From assembly GCA_038893995.1 (NCBI GenBank), contig JAWAQK010000021.1:8401-37709 (forward strand): a stretch of DNA of 29,309 nucleotides, written 5' to 3'. The notes below the pieces were generated by a model. That model saw only the letters and a program-made list of their open reading frames with translations, had not been told where the DNA came from and searched no databases. The translations under genes and the position numbers were made by a program. Shown piece by piece: positions 8,715-18,604 of the stretch; the first letter of the stretch is position 1, and each line of letters opens with the position of its first letter. The DNA is from Candidatus Thorarchaeota archaeon (GTDB lineage Archaea; Asgardarchaeota; Thorarchaeia; Thorarchaeales; Thorarchaeaceae).

Positions 8715-10277
8715 ATGAAACTAGAAGCGGACCTGGTGGTCCTCAACGCAAATGTAGTCACGATGGATCCGGCCCAGCCCGAAGCGACCGCCCTCGCAGT
8801 GAAGAACTACAAGTTCTTGGCCGTTGGGACCGACGAGGACATGGAGGAGCTCGTCCCCACAGCCAGACGTGTCATAGATCTGGGTGGGAAGACGGTCATT
8901 CCTGGCATTGTAGATGCCCACACCCATATCACGGCAGCGGGACTCAGGTCAGCAGATATTGACCTCTCCTCGGCAAAGTCTCTCGGTGATGCAAAGAGGA
9001 TGATCTCCGCCTCACTAATGAGGTATCGCATGGGTCAGTGGGTGAGGGCATACGGATGGGACGAGAGCAAGTGGCCTGAGAAGAGGTACCTCACTGCGTC
9101 CGACTTGGACGACATCTCAAGAGAGATGCCAATAGTTGCAGACAGAGTCGATGGCCATCTGACCTCCGTCAATACGGCAGCGCTGGAGAGGTTGAAGATC
9201 TCGCCTGAACAGGAAGGGTTTCTGAAGGACAGTGAGGGGAGGCCCACTGGAGTGTTGAGGGATATCGAGGGGGTCCACGATGCAATCATTCACACACCCG
9301 AGGAGATGGAGGAGGGGATACGTCGGGCCACTCGACTTGCAAACTCGCATGGTATGACCACCGTAGTGGACAACATCAGTCCGGGTGTCCTCCGATACAT
9401 CAGGGAGTGTGAGGCGAGGAACGAACTGACGGCCCGGTTTGTGGTGAACGTGCCCGATAGCCAGCTGGTGCATCTGACTAGTCTCGGTGTCACATCCGGC
9501 ATGGGGACACCGCTAGTCAAGATTGGGGGAGTAAAGATATTTGCCGATGGCTCAATTGGAGCCCGCACCGCAGCACTGTCTGAGCCCTACAGGGATGAGC
9601 CGGGGAACCTGGGGCGCCTGATGATGAGCGGGAAGAAGCTTGCACAGCTAGTCAAGAAGGCTGTTCACGGGGGCATCCAGACAGCGATCCATGCGATAGG
9701 TGACGCCGCGATAGAGCTTGTGATCAAGACATTCGAGGAGATGACGGACAAAGAGAAGGAACTGGTCAGGAGACAGCGCCACCGAATTGAACATGCAGAG
9801 ATGATCAGTGAAGACCAGATCAGACGTGCCGCAGCGCTCCGACTCATCCTCTCGATGCAGCCCAACTTCGTAGGCAACTGGCAGCAGCCCGGGGGACTCT
9901 ACGAAGAGAGACTTGGTGAAGAGAGAGTCAGAGGAATGAACATGTTCAAGGTCGCTCTCGAGAACGGGGCACGCATCTGTTTTGGTTCCGACGGTATGCC
10001 ATACGGTCCACTGTATGGGATCTGGTCAGCAGTGACGTGCGACAACTACCGGGTCAGAATAGGTGTCGAACAGGCGCTCAGGTGCTACACAATGGAGGCG
10101 GCCTTCGCATCTCATGTGGAGGACATTGTGGGTAGCATCACTGTGGGCAAGAGAGCCGACTTCGTCGTCCTCTCGCAGAACATCATGAAGGCCCAGCCTG
10201 AAGACGTCAGGGATATAGTCGTTGAGAACACATTTGTCGGCGGAAATGAAGAGTTCGCTGCCATCAAGAACAGGTGA
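8715..10277 (+). CDS. YtcJ-like metal-dependent amidohydrolase (amidohydrolase 3)
   Basis: DLGGKTVIPGIVDAHTH, KIFADGSIGARTA, HAIGD, RHRIEHAE, FGSD, GKRADFVVL. GGAGG lies upstream of the ATG. Confidence 0.94.
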   Translation: MKLEADLVVLNANVVTMDPAQPEATALAVKNYKFLAVGTDEDMEELVPTARRVIDLGGKTVIPGIVDAHTHITAAGLRSADIDLSSAKSLGDAKRMISASLMRYRMGQWVRAYGWDESKWPEKRYLTASDLDDISREMPIVADRVDGHLTSVNTAALERLKISPEQEGFLKDSEGRPTGVLRDIEGVHDAIIHTPEEMEEGIRRATRLANSHGMTTVVDNISPGVLRYIRECEARNELTARFVVNVPDSQLVHLTSLGVTSGMGTPLVKIGGVKIFADGSIGARTAALSEPYRDEPGNLGRLMMSGKKLAQLVKKAVHGGIQTAIHAIGDAAIELVIKTFEEMTDKEKELVRRQRHRIEHAEMISEDQIRRAAALRLILSMQPNFVGNWQQPGGLYEERLGEERVRGMNMFKVALENGARICFGSDGMPYGPLYGIWSAVTCDNYRVRIGVEQALRCYTMEAAFASHVEDIVGSITVGKRADFVVLSQNIMKAQPEDVRDIVVENTFVGGNEEFAAIKNR

Positions 10278-10283
10278 TGTCTC

Positions 10284-12047
10284 TTGGGACGGATAAGGCA
10301 GCTCCCGGAGGATGTAGTCTCACTGATAGCGGCAGGGGAGGTGATCGAGGGGCCATCTTCCGTCGTCAAGGAACTGATAGAGAACTCCCTCGATGCCGGT
10401 GCGACAGAGATCGATATCGCGATTGAGGCGGGCGGTATCGATAGGATCGTAGTGTCTGACAATGGATCGGGCATCCTGAGGGAGGACTGTCCTCTCGCCA
10501 TACAGCGCCACACCACAAGCAAGATCAGTAGGAGAGAAGACATTGACAAGGTGAACACCTACGGGTTCAGGGGAGAGGCACTGGCGAGCATGGCAGCAGT
10601 CGCTGACGTGAGAATAGACACTAGAGCAGCCGAGGAGGATGTCGGTCGTACACTCACATGCAGGCCTGGTCAAGCGCCCGTATTGACAGACTCTGCCCGC
10701 CCAGTAGGCACTACTGTCGAGGTCACTGGCCTATTCGCAGAGATCCCTGCTCGAAGGAAGCACCTATCCAGTCCCAAGACTGAGGGGCAGAGAGTCCTCG
10801 AGATCGTACTGAGGCACGCTATGGTGAGGAACGACGTGGGGTTTAGGGTGACAAGAGATGGCGAACTCGTACTGAGGTGTCCTCCCGGCCAGACTCGCAG
10901 AGAGAGAGTCACGAGCCTCTGGGGCACAAGGGCGGGCGAGCTGGCCGTGGATGTAGACTATCAGCAGGATGGCGTGACCGTCGCCGGCATGGTGATACGT
11001 CCCCCTGCCTCCAGGGCCAACAGGACCAGGGAGTACTTCTCTGTCCTGAGGAGACCAGTCGATGACCCTGGACTCTGTTCCGCTGCAGAGTCTGCCTTTG
11101 CGACGCTGCTGATGCGCGGAAGGTACCCCATGCTCTGTATCGATATCTCACCGGAGACAGGGATGGTGGATGTGAATGTGCATCCTGCAAAGTGGGAGGT
11201 CCGCATCTCTGACTACGAGAGCGTCGTGAGGGCTGTCGCCTCAGCGATAAGGCAGGCCCTGACAACCAGGCTTCGGGAAGGTGAGTCCGTCATCCTAGAC
11301 GAGTTCATTGAGGGTCACGATAAGGTCGAGCCGCCTCGGTCTGGCCTACCTGCAGATAGGGTAGCAGAGTCTCTTGGGCCTTCCTTTGAGTCTCAGGCGA
11401 TGCTCAGGGAGACAGATGGCGACAGAGACACAGGACTCTCGGGACCCAGACTCGAGAGAATACTGATCGGAGGCAATATGCGTATCATAGGACAGCTGAA
11501 CGGCCTCTACCTGCTGATCGAGTCCGAGGACGGTCTTCTTGTAGTAGACCAACATGCCGCACACGAGAGGGTCGTATACGAGCGTCTGCGCGAGAGGGTC
11601 AATCGAGGCTGTCCGGATGCGCAGGAACTGCTCCAACCCGTTGTCATCAGTCTGAGTCCAATGGATGTAGAGAGAATACTCTCAGTGGCCGACCATCTTC
11701 GGATGCTGGGGTATGACATCGCGCCCTTTGGCCCAAGGGAGGTGATTGTCTCTTCGTTTCCAGAGGTGCTTGGTCACAGGGGGTCAGTCGACGAGCTTGA
11801 GGCAATCGTTGACGAGATCCTGGACATAGGTGAGGATGCAGTGGCTGACAGGTTCATGGATGAGGTGGTTAAGATAACGGCCTGCCACTCTGCGATCCGG
11901 GCGGGACAGGAACTGACCCCGGAGGAGGCGGCAGGACTCCTCAGGGAGATGACCGAGACCCCGAACTGGTACCTCTGTCCGCACGGCAGACCCACTGTCA
12001 TCAGAATAGGCCGGAGAGAACTCGACTTGCGGTTTCGCAGGGTCTAA
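10284..12047 (+). CDS. mutL: DNA mismatch repair endonuclease MutL
   Basis: IAAGEVIE.PSSVVKELIENSLDAG, DNGSGI, TSK, YGFRGEALAS, VDVNVHP.K. Endonuclease motifs DQHAAHERVVYE, ACH and CPHGRP. TTG start. Confidence 0.98.
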   Translation: MGRIRQLPEDVVSLIAAGEVIEGPSSVVKELIENSLDAGATEIDIAIEAGGIDRIVVSDNGSGILREDCPLAIQRHTTSKISRREDIDKVNTYGFRGEALASMAAVADVRIDTRAAEEDVGRTLTCRPGQAPVLTDSARPVGTTVEVTGLFAEIPARRKHLSSPKTEGQRVLEIVLRHAMVRNDVGFRVTRDGELVLRCPPGQTRRERVTSLWGTRAGELAVDVDYQQDGVTVAGMVIRPPASRANRTREYFSVLRRPVDDPGLCSAAESAFATLLMRGRYPMLCIDISPETGMVDVNVHPAKWEVRISDYESVVRAVASAIRQALTTRLREGESVILDEFIEGHDKVEPPRSGLPADRVAESLGPSFESQAMLRETDGDRDTGLSGPRLERILIGGNMRIIGQLNGLYLLIESEDGLLVVDQHAAHERVVYERLRERVNRGCPDAQELLQPVVISLSPMDVERILSVADHLRMLGYDIAPFGPREVIVSSFPEVLGHRGSVDELEAIVDEILDIGEDAVADRFMDEVVKITACHSAIRAGQELTPEEAAGLLREMTETPNWYLCPHGRPTVIRIGRRELDLRFRRV

Positions 12048-12198
12048 GACCGGCCGACGGACCGCACCAGTGGCACCAGTATTGCACAGGTCTCACAGTG
12101 GAAATAGTAGCCGGAGATATTGCGGAAAGTTTTACTAGATTGGCGCCAATGGTGGGTTAGGAAAGTGGGATTGCTGCGACGATGAGAGGATCACTTCG

Positions 12199-12600
12199 AT
12201 GAGTAACACATGGTACATGACGAAGGAGTATCTCAAACGACTCAAGATTGACTTCGTCGAATACGGTCGCAAGACCTTCGGAATACCGCAGGGAGTGACC
12301 GAGACACGGGAGGTTGAGGTTTTTCCTGGAAGCACATGGATAACTCTGTCGACCAGGCTTGCCGATATCTCGGGGATGGACAGGGAGAACAGGGCAGCAC
12401 TCTATGAGAACCTACTAAGGCTGAATGCATCGGTCGTAGAGGTGACGTTTGGGGTAGACAAGAAGAACTATGTCGTCATCAAGAATGCATTGCCTGTCGA
12501 GGGCATAACTTACGACGCATTCAGTGCCGTGTATCAGGCCCACATCAGCGGCATCAGACTCTTTCAGGAGAAAGTACTACCCTGGATCAAGAGATCGTAG
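12199..12600 (+). CDS. YbjN/CesT-like (type III chaperone fold) protein
   Basis: 133 aa. LYENLLRLN....VTFGVD....V.....LP.EGI....F resembles the YbjN family. GAGGA precedes the ATG, and a BRE/TATA-like GAAAGTTTTACTAG lies at about 12125-12138. Confidence 0.6.
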   Translation: MSNTWYMTKEYLKRLKIDFVEYGRKTFGIPQGVTETREVEVFPGSTWITLSTRLADISGMDRENRAALYENLLRLNASVVEVTFGVDKKNYVVIKNALPVEGITYDAFSAVYQAHISGIRLFQEKVLPWIKRS

Positions 12601-12680
12601 GCATCAGACTGTGAGTCTATATGGTGCAAGGGGTTCCGGAACAACAATCACCGTGTCTGAACTGCGTATGCCCTGAGTCA

Positions 12681-12716
12681 TGAAGAAGGAGGGAAAGGGG
12701 GCAGCTGCCCCCCTTC
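12681..12716 (-). terminator. Probable terminator of the giant surface protein gene
   Basis: Perfect palindrome GGGGGCAGCTGCCCCC (12697-12712) just after the stop, followed on the minus strand by the pyrimidine tract TTTCCCTCCTTCTTC. Confidence 0.6.
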
Positions 12717-12729
12717 AATATCTACTACA

Positions 12730-15700
12730 CTACTTGCGTCGCTTGTTGACCATCAGCAACACGATCACGGCCAGTCCAGCTATGCCAGCCAGTGCCAGGG
12801 CCATGATCGGCGGCAGGCCATCGCCAGGACCCGGGGGACTGGTGGGTGAAGTTGGTTCGGTCGGTACGATGCCCTGCCCCACGACGTAGGAAACGACACC
12901 CGACTCGTAAGTTCCTGAGGTCGTCTGGACAACCACCTTCAGGAATACCTGCACATTACTCTCGAACGGGGGCACCTGTCCGGAGTAGCGTGTCCCGCCA
13001 GCGTTCCACATTGGCGTCTGCATCTCAGCAACTGTGGCCGTCCAGTAGTGAAGCGTCACTGACTGGATTGGATACTGGCTGTAGATGTCGACAGAGACAG
13101 TCACAGTGTCAGTCGGGGATGGAACAGTCGGGTCTATGGTGAAGCCGCTGAAAGTGACTCCGCCAGGCGTGCCGGATGAACCACGTGAGGATACATAGCT
13201 GACGAAGATCGGGTCCTGGTATACGGCAAAGCCATCCCACGATAGGAAGCCGATGGACACATAGTACATGCTCGATGTGAAGCTCCACGAGGTAGCACTC
13301 CGACCGTCCTGGGACGAGTATGCCATCCCAAACGTGCCTGCCGGAGTCGTGTGACTCACGACTGAATACGGTCGTGTCCTATCCTTGGCCCAGTCGTAGG
13401 TCACGCCTCCCATGATCATCTCGGCAAACTTCGTACCCTGCGATTCCATGTCGAACCTGTCGGAGGTCACAGTGTCGTCGTAATCTGCAGCCGTTCCATT
13501 GGCCCAGAACGAGAACTGCGACATCGACACGTGGGCAAGGTAGTTCAGTGCCAGAGACCGATTCACGAGGTTCCTCGTGCCACCGACCGCCCCGACATAG
13601 TCCCAGCTGCCAACCAGGTTGTCCACCTTGATCCTGGCGTAGTTGTTGTCGGCTGTGGTATTGAGCTGACCCTGGAAGTGGACCGTGAACGACAGCTCGT
13701 CGATGTGGACCTTTGTCGGACGCTCGTCGAACTCAACACAGTCCATTCCCGTGACCTGACCCTGGTACCAGCCCCAGTAGCCATAGTGGGTAAATGGATA
13801 GAGCGTACCGTTGATGTCGCTGAAGGTGACTCCCCACCTAATTGGGTCTGTCACGTTCAGCTCCAGGTGACCGAAGAGCCCGGTGTGATTGTAGTCGATA
13901 CCGGGCGTCACGAAGGAGACATTCCCAACCTCGAATGGGATGAAGAAGTGTGTGAGTTCTCCAGATGATGGCGAGTTGAGATCAACATCCATCTTGCCAT
14001 CGTCATTCTTGTCCTTCCACAGCATCAGACCACTGTACTGGTACTCAAGGTTGACACTGAGCCAGTGGTAGTCCGAACCCGTACTGTGACCTGAGCCGTA
14101 GTATTGCTGTATGGCGAATGTCAACCATGTCCACGACTGCTTGTTCGAGGTCACCCAGTCCCAGCCCCTAGCCTGCGCTCTAGCAACAACGTCAGCCCAT
14201 GACACATTTGTGACCATGTGTGCAATGCCCCAGTAACCGGGCTTCGGTAATCCATCACTAAGCAGCACAGTATCCCGGATCTGCTGCATCTCAGTCGGGC
14301 TGACAAGTGAGTGGTCGTCAGCACGATACCAGTAGTAGGTCTCGTTCCACTCATACGACCAGCTGAAGTAGTCCAGCCCAAGCCTGGAGTGCAAATTCAG
14401 TTCGTCTCCGTACACAGTCACATTCGGGTCCCAGAGGATGTTCACATAGAGCATGTCGAAGGTGTGGTTCCAATTATTGGTGGAGACGTACTGACGAAGG
14501 ACATAGTATCTGTCATCGTCGGTCTTGGGGTCCCCATCGAGGTCAAGGGCATCAGTCAGAGGATCAACATCCCAGCTCTGGAACTCCCACATGCTCCACT
14601 CTGGTGCACCCACAATGAGAGCAGTGGGCCAAGAGCTCTGTGAGGACTCGATCGGCACGAGACCGTATCTCCACTCATGTCCGTAGACAACAACACCAGT
14701 GTCTCTCATGTCAGGGGACGGATATGCGTACACCCACGACGCACCGTGTTGGAAGAGATACACCGCGTAGCCACTCAGGGGCATGTGCAGATACAGGGCT
14801 CCGCCTGAGTAGGTCGCATTGAGGACCAGGAAGACTGGCGAAACGATGTTCGACGGCCATCCTGAGATTGTGACATTGTAGAGAATGTCATTGTAGTAGA
14901 AGAGGCCTGAAGTGTTCAGTCTGACTGACTCGGCTGCAACTATAGGCAAGCGCTGATAGAAGGGTGTCTGGTACATAGTGCCATTCAATGCTCTATAGAC
15001 GTTCAGAGTCATGGTGCCATTGTAGAAGCAGTCCGGGTAAGACCGGGTTGAGTAGATAGGACGACCATCGTAGTCAAATGTGAATACCAGCATGAGCTGA
15101 GTCTCTTCGAGCAACAGGGTCGTGCCATTCTCCAGTGTGATCTCATACAGGTTTCCGGTCCCAATCTGAACGGGCATTGAAGATCCACCGATGTTGTATC
15201 TCACACGTTCGATCTCAGTGTGGCGATTCAGGTTATCGAAGGTGACCAGCATGCCGAGGTAGCCCTGGATGGAGGGATCCCAGTAGATGTCCTGTCCAAC
15301 TACGGCGCATGTGGCCAGTCCCTCGGTCAATCGGTAGTTGATTCCTGAGATGACCGTATAGTAGCCATCTTGGTCCTCCCAGACTGGGTACCTCAGGCCG
15401 TCGTATTCGAGGAACTTCTGAGTGGGGACCTTGCCGCCCTTGTTCTGGGCGTAGTTGAGTTCATAGTACCACTCTGCAAATGCGCCAGGGTATGGCATCT
15501 CATGACGGACTCCATTGACGGTCGCGTACCAGTAATTGGTAAGAATGTCACCAACGAAGAATGCTGATTCGCCACGGTACGTACCGATCCGACATCCCAG
15601 CGGGTATGAGGTGACATAGTCCACACCGTCAATAGTGATGTATAGCAACTGGTTGACCGGGTTCTGATACACTCTGTAGATGTTGTTCGAGTCGTCAGTG

Positions 15701-18552
15701 ACGTAGTAGCAGTTCTCTGAGGCTCGGTACCACCATGACTGTATTGGCATCACGCCTGACGCTCCGTATCGTATGAACAGCCGACCAGTGCCAACATCCT
15801 CGCCTACTACACGATCGACCTTGGCTACAGACATGGGCTGGACATAGAACGGCTGAACACCGCCATGCAAGGTTCCTCCTAGGTCAACATACCAGCTGCT
15901 GTACGTTTCCCCGTCAAACCAGCTCATGGGAGTTCCGGCTGTTGTGAGTATGGAATAGCCTGGTACGAAGGTCACATTGTAGATGACGACGGAACTCTCG
16001 TAGGTGACCTTCACCATCGTCCCATTCATCAGTTCGTAATGGTAGGTGGGATTACCAGAAACAGGATCCAACGTACCGTCAACCAGTAACAAGAGCTCCT
16101 CGATGCCACCATACGGTTGAGTCCTCTCGAACACCTTCACGGGCAGATGTACTCCATTGATGATGATGTACGGACTCTCACTACCCAGCAACCTCTCCCC
16201 GCTAAGAGAGAGATTCTCGTAGTAGGTCCGTGGCTCGATCTCAACGTACTTTCTCGTACTGCCATCCAGGAAGCTGTACGTCCAAGCCCTCGACCAGCTC
16301 TGCACGTGTCTCAGCTCCCAGGGGGTACTCATGTCCTCGTACCAGGTGTAGTTCATCAACGAGAGTGACCAGTCATAGTTGCCCGCAGCGACCAGTGGGT
16401 CAAGGGATACCATGAACCTTACGAACAGGTCCCCTTCCTCGCTCCATAGATCCAACTCTGTGATGTTGCAGAAGCCATCCACAGGTACGATCGACCCATA
16501 TGAGCCAAGATTGATGGGCTCCCGTTGCCACTGTCCTGTCTGCTGATTGTAGTACCAGTATGTCCAGAACCATCCCTCGACCTGCTTATACACCCACTCC
16601 TGATATGGACCATTGACCCAAGTCCACTCGTTTGTGGCAGGATTGTACTCGTAGTGCCAGCCTGTCTTGTTCTCAAGGACATAGTTGTAATGGAGTCCGT
16701 AGGTCATATTGAACTTGCTAGTGACGTTGAATCCTCTGAAGGATACTCCGCCTGAGCGACCGATCACGGCCTCATATTCCACGTATCTCGATCCCGTCTG
16801 ATACTCGCTCCACCAGTTCTTGAAGGTCCGGATACTGAAGCTGACCCCGTCCACATCATCACTAGTAGAGCCGGCCCCTTGCAGGCGTCCGAGCACCATG
16901 AACTGCGTACCGTAATCTGCATGGTACAGCCACTTGTTGTATGGCCGACCATCGGCCAGTCGGATCTCGCATTCAAGAACAGGACTCTCGATCGTCAGCA
17001 TCCGGGCGTCGTTGTAATCATTCACAGTCTGTGGAGAATAGGGCCTGCAGTAGCTGGGAACGTAGGGTTTCAGCCCAGGACCGTAGACAAGTACACGAAG
17101 ATGTTCTACTATCGATCCTGAAGTGGGCATGCTGCTCATGAAGTGGCCTACGAAGTCGATCACAAACTTCCCATCAATGGGTCTAGCTGATGTGAGGCTC
17201 ATGTTGAGCTCGAAAGGCAACGCGTTTATGGGATATCCCGGGTCCATCAAGATGAGGTCCATGTTGTCGGTGCCAGGCACATACTCTGAGAAGGGATACC
17301 CGTAGTAGGGGAAGCCTGCCGTGACTCTGAACTTTGTGGTGTCGCTGGCGTTGTAGAGGAGGACCAGATGCCGATTCAAGTACATTTGCTGTTCAACTAC
17401 AGTGGGTATCATCCCGATCTCAGGATCATACGTCCAGGTGAGTACCTTGACGGTCTTCTCTACCATGTTGGGACCAAAGTCCACGCGAACTTTCGCCAGG
17501 TGAGGACCAAACGCAGTCCGCTCTTCCACGATCTCCACATTCTGGTCCCAGTAGAAAAGATTCTGAACGGGATCGAACAGCCAGCCGCCATGTGTGACGA
17601 CACGCTCCGTATAGTATCCTACCACCTCCATTTCGACTTCGAGCGACGATGGCATCAGTAGATACACGAATACAAGGCTCGGTTCGTTCCCTGTCACGTT
17701 CACACGCATCAGATAGTCAACGTTCCTGGTAAGCGAGATTACTGGACGACCACCTAGGCTCATCTTCTGGAATGTGAAGGAACCCTGCAGCAGTGTAGCA
17801 AACATCTGGCTGGGCAGGATACCAACACAGAAACCAGTCGCGAGGGGCCTATCGAAGTCGCGAATGGACAGGTGATAGATCATGTCAGTATCGACCGCAG
17901 TGGCCTGCAGAGAGAACAGTCCCACCGGCGCCGCCTCCGTGAACCTGAACGCGAATCGTACGAGATAGGCTCCATCAAGGGTCATGTTCTTACACAGAGA
18001 CTTCACGAGGGTTATGAATGGCGGGCCAGTCCACCCCGAGCCGGGCTCATATTGTGAGCTGTAGTTCTCCCACATCCAGGTCAAGGGCCTATAGACCATG
18101 CCGAACTGCGCGCTGATGTCGGAGTAGGCCAGATAGCCATCCAGCCGCACTTCCATCAACATCGCGGCTCCAAGCATTCCAGTCGGGACAACTACGTCCA
18201 CGAGAGCCACCTCACCCTTGTGGATGAAGTCGTCGCCTATGACTGGATCGCCGGACTCATGAAACACCCTGAAGGTAGGTCTAGGGTGGAAGAGCCAGTC
18301 CTTTGTTGTCCACGACCAGTGGTCGGCCGTGCTATTGCTTACCCGAGACCAGTCGACTTGGAGCGCACCTGCATGACCTGCAGTCCGCGCTGCGCCTTGT
18401 CTTGGACTCACAACGTATCCGCCTGGGGAAGCAGCATCTCGTGTCCCCGACGGGACAGTGGCCGAGACATGACTCATAGATATAACAAATGCAGTTACCA
18501 TCAGTACTACTAGCACTTGTCTTGCCTTAGATCGAAACAAACCTGTACTCAC
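12730..18552 (-). CDS. Giant (1940 aa) secreted, membrane-anchored cell-surface protein of unknown function
   Basis: N-terminal signal peptide (RSKAR, hydrophobic core, VSA), Trp/Tyr-rich beta-type body, about 30 N-x-S/T sequons by eye, Ig-like last domain, Pro-rich linker, C-terminal TM and KRRK tail. Confidence 0.88.
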   Translation of the reverse strand: MSTGLFRSKARQVLVVLMVTAFVISMSHVSATVPSGTRDAASPGGYVVSPRQGAARTAGHAGALQVDWSRVSNSTADHWSWTTKDWLFHPRPTFRVFHESGDPVIGDDFIHKGEVALVDVVVPTGMLGAAMLMEVRLDGYLAYSDISAQFGMVYRPLTWMWENYSSQYEPGSGWTGPPFITLVKSLCKNMTLDGAYLVRFAFRFTEAAPVGLFSLQATAVDTDMIYHLSIRDFDRPLATGFCVGILPSQMFATLLQGSFTFQKMSLGGRPVISLTRNVDYLMRVNVTGNEPSLVFVYLLMPSSLEVEMEVVGYYTERVVTHGGWLFDPVQNLFYWDQNVEIVEERTAFGPHLAKVRVDFGPNMVEKTVKVLTWTYDPEIGMIPTVVEQQMYLNRHLVLLYNASDTTKFRVTAGFPYYGYPFSEYVPGTDNMDLILMDPGYPINALPFELNMSLTSARPIDGKFVIDFVGHFMSSMPTSGSIVEHLRVLVYGPGLKPYVPSYCRPYSPQTVNDYNDARMLTIESPVLECEIRLADGRPYNKWLYHADYGTQFMVLGRLQGAGSTSDDVDGVSFSIRTFKNWWSEYQTGSRYVEYEAVIGRSGGVSFRGFNVTSKFNMTYGLHYNYVLENKTGWHYEYNPATNEWTWVNGPYQEWVYKQVEGWFWTYWYYNQQTGQWQREPINLGSYGSIVPVDGFCNITELDLWSEEGDLFVRFMVSLDPLVAAGNYDWSLSLMNYTWYEDMSTPWELRHVQSWSRAWTYSFLDGSTRKYVEIEPRTYYENLSLSGERLLGSESPYIIINGVHLPVKVFERTQPYGGIEELLLLVDGTLDPVSGNPTYHYELMNGTMVKVTYESSVVIYNVTFVPGYSILTTAGTPMSWFDGETYSSWYVDLGGTLHGGVQPFYVQPMSVAKVDRVVGEDVGTGRLFIRYGASGVMPIQSWWYRASENCYYVTDDSNNIYRVYQNPVNQLLYITIDGVDYVTSYPLGCRIGTYRGESAFFVGDILTNYWYATVNGVRHEMPYPGAFAEWYYELNYAQNKGGKVPTQKFLEYDGLRYPVWEDQDGYYTVISGINYRLTEGLATCAVVGQDIYWDPSIQGYLGMLVTFDNLNRHTEIERVRYNIGGSSMPVQIGTGNLYEITLENGTTLLLEETQLMLVFTFDYDGRPIYSTRSYPDCFYNGTMTLNVYRALNGTMYQTPFYQRLPIVAAESVRLNTSGLFYYNDILYNVTISGWPSNIVSPVFLVLNATYSGGALYLHMPLSGYAVYLFQHGASWVYAYPSPDMRDTGVVVYGHEWRYGLVPIESSQSSWPTALIVGAPEWSMWEFQSWDVDPLTDALDLDGDPKTDDDRYYVLRQYVSTNNWNHTFDMLYVNILWDPNVTVYGDELNLHSRLGLDYFSWSYEWNETYYWYRADDHSLVSPTEMQQIRDTVLLSDGLPKPGYWGIAHMVTNVSWADVVARAQARGWDWVTSNKQSWTWLTFAIQQYYGSGHSTGSDYHWLSVNLEYQYSGLMLWKDKNDDGKMDVDLNSPSSGELTHFFIPFEVGNVSFVTPGIDYNHTGLFGHLELNVTDPIRWGVTFSDINGTLYPFTHYGYWGWYQGQVTGMDCVEFDERPTKVHIDELSFTVHFQGQLNTTADNNYARIKVDNLVGSWDYVGAVGGTRNLVNRSLALNYLAHVSMSQFSFWANGTAADYDDTVTSDRFDMESQGTKFAEMIMGGVTYDWAKDRTRPYSVVSHTTPAGTFGMAYSSQDGRSATSWSFTSSMYYVSIGFLSWDGFAVYQDPIFVSYVSSRGSSGTPGGVTFSGFTIDPTVPSPTDTVTVSVDIYSQYPIQSVTLHYWTATVAEMQTPMWNAGGTRYSGQVPPFESNVQVFLKVVVQTTSGTYESGVVSYVVGQGIVPTEPTSPTSPPGPGDGLPPIMALALAGIAGLAVIVLLMVNKRRK

Positions 18553-18604
18553 CTCCGGACCCCTCGGTTCGCACGGATAAGGTGGTGGACCAGGAAGGAT
18601 CGGA

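Noticed and set aside
12064-12110. Short repeats GCACCAGT/CACAG as a CRISPR-like array
   Set aside because: The units are only 8-9 nt, irregular, and have no spacers.
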